Shown here in pieces: positions 50,782-64,000 of a DNA stretch of 64,000 nucleotides. The stretch is from Owenia fusiformis (Eukaryota). Below the pieces are notes generated by a model. It searched no databases. It was not told the DNA's origin and saw nothing but the letters and a program-made list of their open reading frames with translations. Positions within the stretch are counted from its first letter, which is position 1, and each line of letters begins with the position of its first letter. The position numbers and the translations under genes are program-made. The stretch is from assembly GCA_903813345.2 (NCBI GenBank), contig CAIIXF020000001.1, positions 30,628,001-30,692,000 on the forward strand, read 5' to 3'.

Positions 50782-53700
50782 TCACCTTTTATTTCCTCGT
50801 AATATCAGTTCACACTCCCACCATTTGCCTTTGCCTGGAATATTAGAAAATAAAACATTACCAAGGCAATAACATGCTAAATGTCACCACCTGCCATTTG
50901 TTACAAATTACAACTGCCAAACACTGTCCACAAAAAACTGGAGACTATATAACAACATGTCACCACTTCTGGTTTATTAGTAATTTTATACAGTGCTGTA
51001 ATGATCTTGATCAGGACAGGTAGTTTTTCAATCATGATCATAATGAGCATCCCTATGAGAAGTTTCATTTTTCCTGCCTAATTCTTTGTTGAAACCATGA
51101 GAGACTCTTTCCATCTCAATTCAACAAGCATAATTCACTCCTCAATCACCAAACTATCTTATTTTTCTTTTGTCTATATGTAGTCAGTCATAAGTACCAA
51201 AGTTGTTACCTATTTACGGAGCATAGGGGTACATGGTCAAAATTGCTGAAAATAATCATCAACGCTAAATTGACTGAAGATATCTTAAGTGTATTGATGT
51301 TTGGAATAATGTGACTTACCATGTGTTACAGGAGATTTTCCAACTAGAGTAAAGCCTACCCTCGTATAGAGAGGTATGAGATTGGAATGGCATATCAGAA
51401 CTATTCTATCCACACCGATCTGTGTGTCCTTTACTGCTTCAAGGAATGCTGTTAGGAGAACTGTTCCTACACCCTGAAATACAATTATATTACTCAGGTC
51501 AAAAAGCTAGGAGGGTCTCCTTTCTTTGAGGATATTTCATGAAAAATAGTTTGGATCTACAATTTGTTAATTCACTTGCAACCTTTAAACTTCTCCTTCT
51601 TCTCTACTTTTTGTTTATTGTTGAACTAACGTAAATGACTTGCTGGATACATTACCACAGCTGGAAAATGAAAAAAATTGTGGAGGGGATGACGAGAAAA
51701 AATTCAACAAATCTATTAAATCAGAATGACAAAAATGATGAGATGGTTACGAATATCATACGAGCCTTAAACATTTTACCACACCTTGAGCTTATTCAAT
51801 TATTGATGATTCATTTGTTGAATTTTATGCAATTGCAAAACATGTTCAATTCCTCTACACACATTAGTTCATTTTACAGCAGTGATTACTTTCCTTTAAG
51901 AATTGATAAGATCCTCAAATCATTATGTTGAAAACATGAGTTCAACTAACCTTCCTCCTCATGTCAGGTGCAACACACAGTGAGTGAATACACACAGAAC
52001 CTGAAAAAGAGAAACATGAAATAAATGAAATCACTTCTATGTCACCCAAAGATAATGAACTGGAGAACTTGCTACCCTCTTACTGTAGATGGGTTTGAAT
52101 CTGAAGAAAATCCAATGAGTAGTTTACTGTTATGGCAATGATAGGTTTTATGGAAGAACTTCTTAAATGGCTTATCAAAACCAAGATGGCTGCCAAAAGG
52201 TTTGTTAAATGTAGAACAAATTAATGAATTAAAAATATCGCCAAATTAAATAGTCACCAAAATCCTTGGGAATATGACATGTCTTTCATTCAGTGCACTT
52301 CCAGTTATAAGAAAGATACCAAGATGGTCGGGCCGTTTAAATTTATAGAAACAAGAAATACTGAAGAAATTTATGTAAATAACAAGAAATATTGAAGAAA
52401 TTGTTGATCAACAACACTGACAATGAGTATATTGAATTTGGTTAGACGACAGGATGTCTGGGACACTTGAAAATCCACCAATTTAAATACACGCCAATAT
52501 GCCCAAAAACACAAAATCGCCAAATTAAGTAGCACCAAATTAAAGATAAATACAGTAAATACTTCTTTGCAACTTTGAAAAGCCAACATTTCTCATTAAA
52601 ACCAATGGTGTATACTATAAATACTACTTTGCATCTAAGATAGGCCAACAACATTGTTTGCATATTTTGAAACACTTTATAAAAGAAAATGAAAAAGTTT
52701 GAAAAACACTCTATATAAAATATCAAATTATAAATAAAATCAACAACAAAGCCAGGAACTGGAAAATGTCAATGTGCATTGCATGTCAGATATACCACTT
52801 ATTTTAAATAGTATCTCAATCATCCTTTTATTACTTACTAAAGAGAAATGTAAATAACTTTGTAATGTTAAATTGTTTGTTTTGAGATTACTGTTATATT
52901 ATAGATAAGAATCCATAAGGGCCCTCTTATGTTCTAAAGTAGGTGAGCAAATATTTGAAAACCCAAATAACAGGATATTCTGGCATGAATGATCAACAAT
53001 AAAATATGTGTATCTATGATTTTGTTGTAAGACTATCTCATTGGATAACACAAACAACCTTTGAAGATGGTACAAATATTTTCCAATAATGTATCTATGA
53101 GTAAAAGTGTGAGATTTATGTTGATTCATGCAGATAGCACTATATACATGTATGTATATATTGTATATTTAAAATAGTTTATTTTAGTACTGGTAGAGAA
53201 AAGTTAATTTTAATCAGAAAGTTGGTGTGACTGATAAAACATGTACATATTGTATATCATATTTTCTAAATAAGAGACAGAACTCAACTTTTAATCCTGT
53301 TGTCTCAACTCATTTGTTCTTTCTAACCTAATATGGTCTATGGTAAGGGGGGGGGGCATTTTATTCTATGCAATAGATGATGGCAATTTACAATGTAAAA
53401 TGACATTATTTTACCTCCATTAGGGATGTGCATGTTCATGGACTCCCCAGTCAGTGATGTCCCATGGTATCTTGTTGCACAAATGAACTAGAAAAAAGAA
53501 GTGATAAAAGAATATGTTAAGCCAATTTTGCACTGTATGTTTGTACATCTGTTTTGGCAGTTGGTAAAATACATTTCATTTTATAACATTCACTTATCAA
53601 AACCATTATTGTTTAGTTGTCTAAAATATAATTTTTTGCGACACTGCACAATGGACATTCTTAATACTTTTGGTACAAACTCATCATTTTTACTTTACCC

Positions 53701-56591
53701 GGGGCGGACAATATAAAGTCTTCCTAAGCATAAATTATCAGAATGACCCTTACCCCTATCAGGGTGCTACGTATGAAACAGCCAAGAAACAGTTCTGGGG
53801 CTTCATCCTGCCTGTAAACTAGCATTTGTCTTGAGGCAGCCTCTTCTTTGGGATACCCTAAATAAATAAAAAAGAACAAGATAAATAAAAAATAAAAATG
53901 AAAAATACGAAATTGTTGTACAAAGAAATTTTCTTAGTACTTAGTAATTCTTAGAAGGTGTGAACTGAAAACAAGAATAAACTTCCAATATTTATACATA
54001 AATAGATATTCTATTGACATTTGAATGTTGTTACAACGCTTTTGTGGGTATATTTCTCTTTAAATATACTCTCTCTCTGAAAATGAAACAGAGTTATATG
54101 CTTATAAAAGAAAGCATTTAAGGATGTTTGTTCAATGTCAATAAGCCTTAACAAAAGAACTTAAGGTATATTACACATGTTTTATGAGTTGAAATGATAT
54201 TATGAAGAATTACCATTGCTAGGCAAATAATTTTCAAAGAATTTAAATAGGATTATTATTGCAAGGAGCCAAGTCTATTGATATCCAGTAATAAACTGGA
54301 CATTGCTGGGTAGCCTATATAAGATTCCCCAAAATACTTGAATGATTCGTGTTCCATATAATGTACATACATTTAATGTGCACAATACTTCAAGTTCAAA
54401 AAATCTTGTCAACTCATGTGAATATTATCTACTTTACTAATTAAAAAAGCAATTAATTAGTTAACATGTACTTTCAAAACCTACAGAGATAAAACTTAAA
54501 TTTTAAATGTACTGTTTCAACAGGACTGAGATGAAGTTTATATACACCCTTATAAATGACGATGTATAAACTTCTTATCTCAATGATAACAGCCATCAAT
54601 AGCAGAGGTCTAATGACAATAAATACTAGTAGTTTGTAGATTGAAATAGGTAGAATCAGATAAAGGTACATCTTTTCCAATAGCAGAATACATATGTTTT
54701 GTCTTATTGATTATGTGCATAGTTCTTGTTAGGTCGAGTTCTGCTCTAGTTTTGAAAATGCCACTTCAGTTTAATTACATGTGTATGCAGCCGCAGGGAA
54801 ATATACGAGTACAGCATTTGGAAGAGCTTAGAGTAGACATTTCTAGTATTTCTGTATCCAGAATTGTAATACATGTATATGAACTATTAACTGTTTGATT
54901 AACTGACATTATATCATGAATCAGTTTGAGGTAATATATTGGAGATACATTTAGATTTTCTATACGACAGACCTTTAATACCATTTTAATTAGACCATCA
55001 TTCCAATTAGCCAGATGCCACTTGAAACAAAATGTAAAATGTTTTTCTTCCCTTCCAACCTTTCTAAAGAGGTCACAACCTTCCTAAATATCTATGAGGG
55101 TTATACTTATGGCTTACTGCATGAACTTCAGCTTGCTATAAAAATCAGAGAGCTCAGGAGACGAGAAGGGGCGTATAGCCATCAAATGTCACGGGATGCG
55201 ATTTTTGAGTTTGCATCAGAAGTGAACATACTGTACTATATGGTGCATTCTAAGCATTTCAAATTATAATTTGTTAATATTTTTTCAACAAATTTTACCA
55301 AATAACTTTTTTCTTTTTTGTGCGGGTGGGGGTTTTGGATTCATTGCAACCATCACCCACCCCCCCCCCCCCCCCTCCTCCTGGCTAGTGGCTACGCCCA
55401 TGAAATGTACCAGGTAATTATGTCACGACTGCTATTGACGATGATGAAGCTTCATGAACATGGTACAAACAAACATTTGCCCTTGATCACCGAACAGTTA
55501 CTGAAGCACTGGCGGATCTGGGGGGGAGGCCAGGGGCCCGGGCCCCCCCCCCCTTGGGTGGGCCCAGAAAAAAAAATTGTGCCCAAAAAAAATTTTTAAC
55601 CAAAAAAGGCCTCAAGGCCCCAAAAAGTAGGCCTTTTTGGTCATAAATTGGCCTTCTAAGGCCTTATCTTTTAATTTTAGGCCAAATTTTGAAGAAAACG
55701 GGCTTCAAAATTTCAAAATTTGGGCCAACTTTGGGGTTTTAGGTGCCCAAAATTTTTTCCGTTTTTTTCTTAGACCAGAAGTTTGCCCCCCCCCTTGTTG
55801 GTTCCCAGATCCGCCCCTGCTGTAACATTGTAACACCTTGAAGTGTAAACTGTACTGTACATAGGCCCACTGTAGAGTCCATTTCACTGCTTCAGTTCGT
55901 CAGTAGAACGGCAAAAATAAGAAATTGGGAGACCATTGTACAATAATATATGGAAAAGTATATTCATAATGTACATGAATGACATTTGTATATCTTGGAT
56001 TGCTTCTAGTTTGGCTTATAAAGTGTGTGGCCTCTTATATTTGGATGTTTCTATGCCATGTTATTTTCAATAAGATTAACATGGCTGATATTCTTCAAAT
56101 TACAAGACGGCACAGGTTTATTGCACAAAAAACTAAAAAATCTGAAATATACAAATGTCATTCATGTACATTATGAATATACTTTTCCATATATTATTGC
56201 ACAATGGTCTCCCAATTTCTTATTTTTGCCGTTCTACTGACGAACTGAAGCAGTGAAATGGACTCTAGCTTAGTATGTATCCAACAGACCGAATATAATA
56301 TTCGGTCTGAATATTTATTCAGACGAAGGATACAGTCTACACTGTAGCTGGTGATCACTCATGTGTATACTGGTTCAGATTTCTGTCTTTCTATGTTATG
56401 GCTGGCTACATTTGACTTTATATATGGTTCAGTAGACTGAAGCCTCCCTTTGCAAAATCACAACAGATTTGCAATTTTGATGTGTTATGTTTTTAATTTG
56501 ATACAAGAAAACTGCACTCTTTACCTATTTTCTCCAATTGATATGCCTTTTCCACATCTTTCTTTGATATTGGGTAGATCTCATAGGCCAT
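50782..56591 (-). CDS. GNAT acetyltransferase, non-vertebrate AANAT / yeast Paa1-like, 166 aa
   Basis: Exons 5'->3': 56591-56525, 53857-53754, 53487-53415, 52000-51951, 51473-51320, 50834-50782 (501 nt, all GT-AG). Protein: MAYEIYPISKKDVEKAYQLEKIGYPKEEAASRQMLVYRQDEAPELFLG...LIGFICATR...SMNMHIPNGGSVCIHSLCVAPDMRRKGVGTVLL...IVLICHSNLIPLYTRVGF...HGKGKWWEC. Confidence 0.9.
55507..55819. mobile_element. MITE with CA.GGGCGGATCTGGG-type ends
   Basis: CACTGGCGGATCTGGG ... CCCAGATCCGCCCCTG with internal C/G runs. TSD not clear. Confidence 0.65.
55875..56265. mobile_element. MITE with ~120 bp near-perfect TIRs and TA flanks
   Basis: TA|GAGTCCATTTCACTGCTTCAGTTCGTCAGTAG ... CTACTGACGAACTGAAGCAGTGAAATGGACTC|TA. 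Confidence 0.85.
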
Positions 56592-56694
56592 CGTTTATTT
56601 AATATTTACAATTTCCCTTTACAAGTCAATAATTTGTTCACTATAATCCCAAAGAGCTATGACTCACAGTCAGCACTATCAATGGTATACTTTA

Positions 56695-58970
56695 CCTTTA
56701 GTAATAGAAGAGAGAAGTTCAAAAGCTGTTTGTCACGATATTTACCGATCCATCCACTCTCTCCAATACGCATGCGCAGCCCGATGTAAAAAATAAGGCA
56801 GTGACTGGAGAGCCTAAAATTTTAGGCTCTTTAGCAATTTGGTAACCCATTTGGCTAAAGAGCCTTAAATTTTAAGGTTCTTTGGCATTTCGGCTAGAAA
56901 GCCTTAAATAGGGTCTTTAGCATTTTGATTGCCAATTTTGCTAGAGAGCCAGCCTTAAAGGAATTCTAAGTGACGGAAATGACAAAATATTGCTTCTGGG
57001 ACGAGATCAAACGATTTTGACATATTTTTACTCAACCTGTTTTGTAATTTAACAATCAACACAAATTAACATACTATATTTAAGCAGATACCGGAGATAT
57101 TCATAAAAATATATTTTTTTGATCGATAAACTCACCGATTATTAAACCGGAAGTGTCTTCTCTGAGGTCCGCGAAGAAAACGAAGAAGGAAACATACAAC
57201 GATTTTATTCATTTCACTTTTGCAGTGGATTTGATTTTAAATGCTTCTAAATGATCCTTGAATGCTTACTTTGACTTCCTATAAGAACTGTTTTGACTTC
57301 CCCACTTCATAAAACGAACATTATCACTTTTTACTCGACTCGTAAATTTACTTCCGGTCTACCGAAAAAAAGTTCTTATAACCTTTTCAATCCTCAGTCT
57401 AAATTTGGCTTTTTAAAGGTTCAGTAACCTTCGTGGTGCGGCAACTTGGAGCAGTCATATACTTGTTCAATTTTACTAATCAGTAAAGATTTTGATGTTT
57501 AGAATAGGCCCTTGGGAGAATGGTGTTGAGGTCACATTTAGTGATGCCCAATTGGAGGCTAGCTTAAAAAAACGTTGATACAAATGAAGGACTTTTGAAG
57601 GGGAAGTTTTTGCAAAAAATTGAAAAAATATTTTGTGCCTCTTGTCATTTGAAAATCCTAAAAATCGGCATGGGAATCTAATAGGCAATAGATTTGGAAG
57701 TGTATTCTCTGATGTCCCCGGGCTGGTGTCCCTACATTCCCGATAAACTGCATCATGATGTGCTGTATCTAGAATTCAACAAGATCATTTTCTTCATCCC
57801 AAAGTCTCCTTCATACTTTTTGCCACCTTCAAATGGGATTCCCCGTATGCTGTAAGCTTGTGAATATAGTAAAGCCAATACAAGTGATTAATTTCATTAA
57901 ACATGGATGGTTGAGCGTTGGAGCGAGCCCATGAATTTTAAAAAAATTGTGTACATAATATCCGGACCTCAGAGAACAAACTTCATAATGAAAAAAATTG
58001 TACCAACATTGAATCGAACCTGCGCCGTGGGAGTATTAGGCGAACGCCATAACCACAAAACTAGAGTGTGTTTTCTTTTTGTAAAATCTATATTTCAATA
58101 ATAAAACATATGTAAATAATATAATTATACATAGACCCAGTTACATTGTTTAATTTCTGTACAGTTTTTCATTTTCAAAATATGCATGCATACTTCCAGT
58201 TTTGTCTCTATTGAAAAATTGTATTTCCCTCCTGGTCATTAAAACTTCTTTATAATTCTTATACTTAGTTATTCATATAATTTGTTCAAAAGTGATATTA
58301 TCAAAAAAATTCCATATATCCCTTATTTTTGTACACTCATAAAAATTATGTTTAACATTGTCAATTACATTACAATTTTAAAAAGAAATATCTCTAATTC
58401 TAAAACCATTTAAAATCTCATTACATGGATATACGTTGTGTAATGTTTTCCAATGAATAATTAAGAGTTTGGTATCTACTTTGCACTCAAATGCTCTAAT
58501 CCAAGTTGCACATGAAATATCCTTACCATTATACTGTAGAAACAATTTTCTTTTATCTGTACATATAATCCAAAATCTGATGTTTCATAACATATTATCT
58601 CTATACCATTTAAATATACTAGAGTGGCTTGTACAGACATTACCTTTAAGGCTCTTTGGCCGAAGTGCTAAAGAACCTTAAAATGTAGGCTCTCCAGTCA
58701 CTGCCTTATTTTTAACATCGCTGCACATGCGTATTGGAGGGAGTGGAGGGATCGAGTGTGAGTTTGGACCAACTTTTGCAAGTTTGACCAGGAAATCACC
58801 TTTCATTTGGTATGTTAGTAACCTTTTTGATCGTATTGGTATGTAAGAATCATATATATGTCGAAATATAAGCATAAATGTCACAGTTTGAAGGATAAAT
58901 GTCAGAATATTTACCGGAAGTGTTTATATTTCCAAAGAGCTTTCGGACTTTTCTCTTCTATTACTAAAGG
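56695..58970. mobile_element. 2.3 kb TIR element with TA flanks between the divergent AANAT-like and EEF1E1 genes
   Basis: TA|CCTTTAGTAATAGAAGAGA ... TCTCTTCTATTACTAAAGG|TA, plus a subterminal inverted block (about 56750-56835 versus 58665-58755). Confidence 0.7.
58002..58066 (-). mobile_element. tRNA-derived SINE-like or pseudo-tRNA segment
   Basis: Minus strand TAGTTTTGTGGTTATGGCG...GCAGGTTCGATTC has A-box-like and B-box motifs but no proper acceptor stem. Confidence 0.4.
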
Positions 58971-59274
58971 TAGATTGATGGTGATGACTTTGCTATGACT
59001 AATACATCTGAAGATGTAGAGTTTGATTTGAATCTTGAATCTTGCTTCTGAACTTGAAAGGAGCATAGTTGAATTTATATCCATTGTTCAAGGAGTGCCA
59101 AATATCTCAATGTAAATTAACTAAGAAATATGTGATTTTATGTCTAATAAATATAGAAACATATCAAATACGATTTCACAGACATGTTTTATCCATTAAA
59201 TATAGTTTATATCATATTTCGAACACAGCGAAAATGACAACACTGAATGATCAGTAAGTACTTCCGGTTCAAAA

Positions 59275-62200
59275 ATGTGGAAAAATGAAATTTTCCAAAT
59301 TTCTCGATATTTTGGTGTTTCTTGCGGTAATGTGACGCTCGATGAACAGTTCAGGGTATGTTAAATACTTTCATGTAAAAATTATTGATAATTATTCCCA
59401 TATAATACTTAAAAGGATCGTCGAATGGGCACATTGGACATTTAAAGGATTTGTTTTTAGAAAATAAAAAATAAAATCACGGCCATGCAATTATTATCAA
59501 TATATTATATCATTTATAGATAAATGTTAGATTCTTTATAGATTCTAATCATTTATGAAAATCATTTTGGTGTCTAATTTAATACTAAAACTCCCCATAC
59601 AAACCTGTATCAGGCCTGTCAACTGTCCCGCAATTTGCGTATTTGTCACGCATTTGCTGAAGAATTTGAAGTCACGCCAGTTTTTTTTGCGTGACACAAA
59701 ATGTCACGCAAATACGCATTTTACCTGGTAATTGTCACGCAAATATGTTTCTGTAAAAAATTTTTCAAAATATGTTTATGATACGGTAAAAATACGAACG
59801 TCGGAAAAAAAACGAACGCAATTTGTTCGGATTTGTCACGCGAATCCCGTATATGTCACGCATGTTCATTGGAAATTTTCGCCCCCCCCCCCCCCCCCCC
59901 CCCCCCCCCTGGGGAATTCCCCTTCCGACATTTTGAAAATTGCTGATATATTTCCAATGTAAAAACTAAAATCTCTTCGTTCTGCCGATAAACCCATACA
60001 ATTGGCGATCTAACAACATAAAAAGAATACTAAAATTCAAATCCTTTATCCGTTGGTTTGTCAGTTGGTTCATTTTTTCATTCATTTCTCCATTCATTCT
60101 TTTGTTTGCAAGCAATGCAAGCAATCCAGCATCAATAATTTGAATGTGAAAATGGTGGTTTCGTTGACAGGTCATCTTAACACCAAGTCAACTCAACCCA
60201 GTAAAACCAAACCCCAATTCAAATCAACCCCAGTAAAACTCAGCTTCTGTAAAACTCAACCCCAAGTCAAGTCAACCCTGTAAAACTCAACCCCATTCAT
60301 TTCTGCAATTTCTTTATTTCTCTAGTCATTGCATATTTTCATATTAGGAAAATACAATTCTGGCAATTAACAATGTTTTTTAACAATGTTAATGTTTTAA
60401 CAAAATTATTAATGATCAACCTGAAAGGTATTACAAAAAACAAACTTATTTACAATATTCAAAATTAAAATAAAGATGACATGTGAAATAAGATTGAATC
60501 ACATTAATTCCCTGTATTAACCCCTCGATAATTCTTCAGCATTTAGCAGTTGCTGTTAATCCCACATATTAATCCTATTAGCAAAAAAAATATGAATAAT
60601 TAATTATTACTGTTTCATTGGGGAAGATTTAAAGTAAGTCCTTTCTCATTAAGTGTTAGTCTAGCTCCAAGCCCTTGCCAACAAGTGTGTCTGTGTGAGG
60701 TGAAGGGGGGGGGTTACAGAGGCTTGTAGCTAGACTTATTAAGTGTCTTGCTGTCTAATTTTTTGTTTATTGTACCACAGTACTATATGTCTGTTTTTTA
60801 TTATTTGCAGATTCCATGTCTCACTGTTAAAGATGGCAATAAAGTTAAAGGAATTGCAACAATAGCTAAATATATTGCAAAGAATTGTAAACAACAAAAT
60901 GGTATTTTAGGTAAATATTGACTCTGAATATACATTTGAAAATAAGTTGCATTTTCAATGTTTTTGAAAATCTATGTATGATAATTTTTACTAAAATAGG
61001 CCTATAAGAACAGACATTTTTACCTGACAAGTGGGGAAATGTCCTCAACATCACACTGTGCTATTTTCATAATTTCATTATGGTATCCCACTTTTAATTG
61101 CATTTCTTGGAAAGTGAAACAATGTCATTGTCTTTTGCTGATGGGCATGCATGTGGGCAGCATTTACATTTTGTCATCAAGATCACAAGGAAAATGTTCA
61201 ATTTTTCAAAAGTTCAAATCTCATCATTCTCTGAATCCCCCCCCATGTTCTGTAATAGAGTAAACTCATGTATAGTAAGTTCATCTGTCTAATGTCATCT
61301 TTGTCAATGGCACGCTGCACCTTAACCTCTAGTACATGTCATTTTGGGGGTTTATTTGATCTAATAAACCACTGTAAAGACATTGTTACCTAGTAGTATC
61401 CCATTTATAGCCTGATAACAGTGGACAAATGTTTTAGAAAACACAAAATGCAATGGAGTACCAGGTAATGAAAAAAGTCCTTGTGGATTTAGTTGACAAT
61501 TTCGCGAAGATTAATTTTCGCGATTTTACCATAATCACGAAAAACGTGAAACTAAATCACACGCAAAAAAATACAGAGTACAGTATATTTTTTTCATCTC
61601 AATTCCAGGAAAGTGTTTTGATTCAATCAAAATTATACAGTTGTCAGATATTGATTTGTCTTGTTATCACTTGTAACTGGTGCTGGAAGTTTTTTCCTGT
61701 ATAAATTGTAGATTATCCTGTCACAATCAAACTATTCATTCAAATAGTATATAAATGATCATTCTGATACTCATAGTATCTTTCTGTTTCACCAGAAACA
61801 AGGCTGAGAAGAAATCAGATGTCATTTATCATGATGATAAATGCCTGAATAAATGACTGAACTTGACTGAATATAGTAATCAGGGGGCCATTAACAGAAA
61901 CAAATTCGTAAAGTCCATTGTTCTCTTACTGTGATGTCATTATATCCATGGTCACAACAATTGATTTTTGAATTCCTTACTTTACAAAGTTTCTGTTAAT
62001 GACCCCCAGTCCCACAGACTAACATTTTAAGAGTAAAATCCAAGAAACCTATGAGAGTAATATGTGATTAATTTCTTCTTATGTTGTTTTTGCAGGCGCC
62101 TCTCTAGAAGATCAAGCGAATGTAGACCAATGGCTAGAATTCAGATCATCTAGACTTGACAGATATGGAACTGAAAAAGATCTTTCCTCAGTGTTAAAGG

Positions 62201-64000
62201 TATGTAACTGCGTGGTTTGTCATGCAGGAAGATCTTCCCGGAATCAATCTAAAGTATCCAAGTAAAAAACTAAAGTCAAATCTTCCATAAAATAGTAGTA
62301 TATAAAGCCTTTAAAAGGTACAATATTGTTGTACTATATCAGCTTTGTGAATGGTGGCATTGTCTTGGAATCAACCAAAAGTATCCAAATAAATAAATTC
62401 TCATTTTATGGTTCTTAATGAGGTTCCTGTTGAAAGATCCCTTGAAATTATCAAGGAGAAGTTAAAGCTACTGAAACCTTGTGAATCAAGATGTGGTGGT
62501 ATCTCACTTCTCTTGTCTGTACATTCCAGAAATGTTTCTTGGTTTGAAAATCTCAACTTGTTGGTTTTTGTGCATGCTGGGTAAGGGTTTTTAGGTATGA
62601 TGTTGTTCAGTTCGAATTACCAGAAAAGTGAGAGACCACATCTGGTTTAAAAATCTGATAAGCCACCAAAAGATACATGCTGTATTTAGTCTTGGAAAGG
62701 AGTTCATCCAAACAGGCCTAAGGATATTAAATTGTTAAAAAAACAGTCAAATGTAAATTCTGTGAAAGAAGTTGCGATTCAACAATACACAAAAGAATAA
62801 CAACATCATATACAGTACATGTACTTACAAATGTCAAATATTGATTACTAAAACAAGGGCATTGGTAATGTTTTAGTTTATTTATTTTAAAATACATGTC
62901 AGCGAATATTGCATATTGTTTCATGTGTCTGAATGCTTGAATTGTTTATAATTGTAGGAGCTGAATAGTTATCTGAGTAGTAGGACATTCCTTGTGGGCT
63001 CCAGTGTTACACTTGCAGACCTCCTTATGTTCTATGGACTTCATTCAGTATATGTGAGTTGGTATACAGAGTATAGTTATTTTACATATATTGATAATCC
63101 AAATTGTAATTGTGGAGCTCCTCAGACAGAAAAACACTTTTTCTTTCAATGTCCTCTCATCAAAGGAAGTATAACCAAATTAAAAACTGATATTATGGAT
63201 ACAACTGGTTCTTCAGACGAACACTCAACTCAGAATGATCTGCTTTACTTAATGAAACATGGTTCTGAAAAATTTTCCCTTGATTTAAATTCAAAACTCC
63301 AAACCCTAATTGCTGAATTCATTGAAACAAACCTATGAGCTCTTTCCCCTCCTTAACAGTACTTTAAATAATTTTGTCCACAGAGATAGGTCCACCCCAT
63401 GGTCAACCTCAAGTGCAGTATTAACCCCCTTGACCTTAGTCATATTGTATTTGTATAATCTTACTGTACCCTTCTATAATGCCATTGGGCGATTGAAGGG
63501 ATGTATAATGTTATATCTTGTAATGAAATAAATTTATCTTAATAAAAAAAAAAAAAAAGTATAGTTATTATATTACGCAATATTATGTTAGGTTTTGTTA
63601 AAGAAAAGCCAGAAAATAACAGCACATACCTAGCTATATAAATATGTTACATACAGTGATACGTTAGTGCCTTGATTGGTTTAGTGCCTTGATGGATGCT
63701 CAATTTTATTCTTATATTCTGGATCTTTAAGCCCTGTCTTTTGAGGTTAAGTCAACCATAATTTGTGTTTGATTCAATTTTTATAAGCTATTCATGTTCA
63801 TGTTTCAGAGCGATCTCAGTTATTTTGATAAACAGCGGTATATGCATCTCTCCCGGTGGTTCAGAATGGTGAGTAGCCATTAAACATGTTTTATGTCATC
63901 ATTTGGTGCTACATTGTAATCAGTTCATTTTTATAGTTCATTATTATACATGTATGTACATATACATGACATGTATTTATGTTTTGCAGATGCAGCTCAC
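59275..64000 (+). CDS. EEF1E1: Eukaryotic translation elongation factor 1 epsilon-1 (AIMP3/p18), 3' incomplete
   Basis: Exons 59275-59355, 60811-60910, 62096-62199, 62958-63053, 63809-63868, 63990->64000, all GT-AG and in frame. Protein: IPCLTVKDGNKVKGIATIAKYI...LGASLEDQANVDQWLEFR...LKELNSYLSSRTFLVGSSVTLADLLMFYGLH...DKQRYMHLSRWF (GST-like AIMP3). ACTTCCGG ETS motif about 15 nt before the ATG. Confidence 0.92.
59611..59880. mobile_element. Third copy of the CAGGCCTGTCAAC MITE family (right end unclear)
   Basis: Near-identical to 44134-44400, followed by a long C run. Confidence 0.75.
63082..63557 (+). mobile_element. Short 5'-truncated LINE 3' end with poly(A) and TSD in EEF1E1 intron 4
   Basis: Encodes NPNCNCGAPQTEKHFFFQCP (LINE ORF2 C-terminal CCHC), stop at 63338. 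AATAAA plus A-run at 63541-63558. TSD AGTATAGTTATT at 63070-63081 and 63558-63569. Confidence 0.85.

Noticed and set aside
50770..50784. Stop-codon read-through or selenocysteine at the AANAT-like TGA
   Set aside because: The protein is complete at this point and a TAA follows three codons later.
57476..57860. Transposase or captured gene inside the 56695-58970 element
   Set aside because: Stops in all frames I read and no recognisable motif.
58002..58066. Functional tRNA gene
   Set aside because: B-box is present, but no acceptor stem or clean cloverleaf, and it is embedded in a repeat.
61820..61875. Intronic C/D-box snoRNA (ATGATGA...CTGA) in EEF1E1
   Set aside because: Too short, no terminal stem or recognisable rRNA guide; the C-box sits in a local hairpin.

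Overview
AT-rich animal genomic DNA with GT-AG spliceosomal introns and a heavy transposon load. It looks like an invertebrate, but the taxon cannot be fixed from the sequence. Spliced by hand, the window holds six genes. PEX5 (+, 15 coding exons, 613 aa) carries an intronless ankyrin-repeat/SOCS-box (ASB-like) ORF on the same strand inside intron 10. The others are a convergent AGTRAP-like gene (-), an AURKAIP1/mS38-like gene (+), an AANAT/Paa1-like GNAT acetyltransferase (-) and EEF1E1/AIMP3 (+, runs off the window end). Introns and spacers contain nested mobile DNA: a Tx1/L1-like LINE with TSD and two inserted MITEs, a CR1-like and another LINE fragment, many TIR elements with 2-10 bp TSDs, HINE-like elements, and a 3.1 kb A-B-A-B-A composite. 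The top candidate for something new is the ASB ORF. It opens exactly at an AG that is in phase with PEX5 exon 10, which predicts a possible isoform joining the PEX5 N-terminus to an ankyrin-SOCS-box E3 adaptor. All calls are by eye; no database searches were run.
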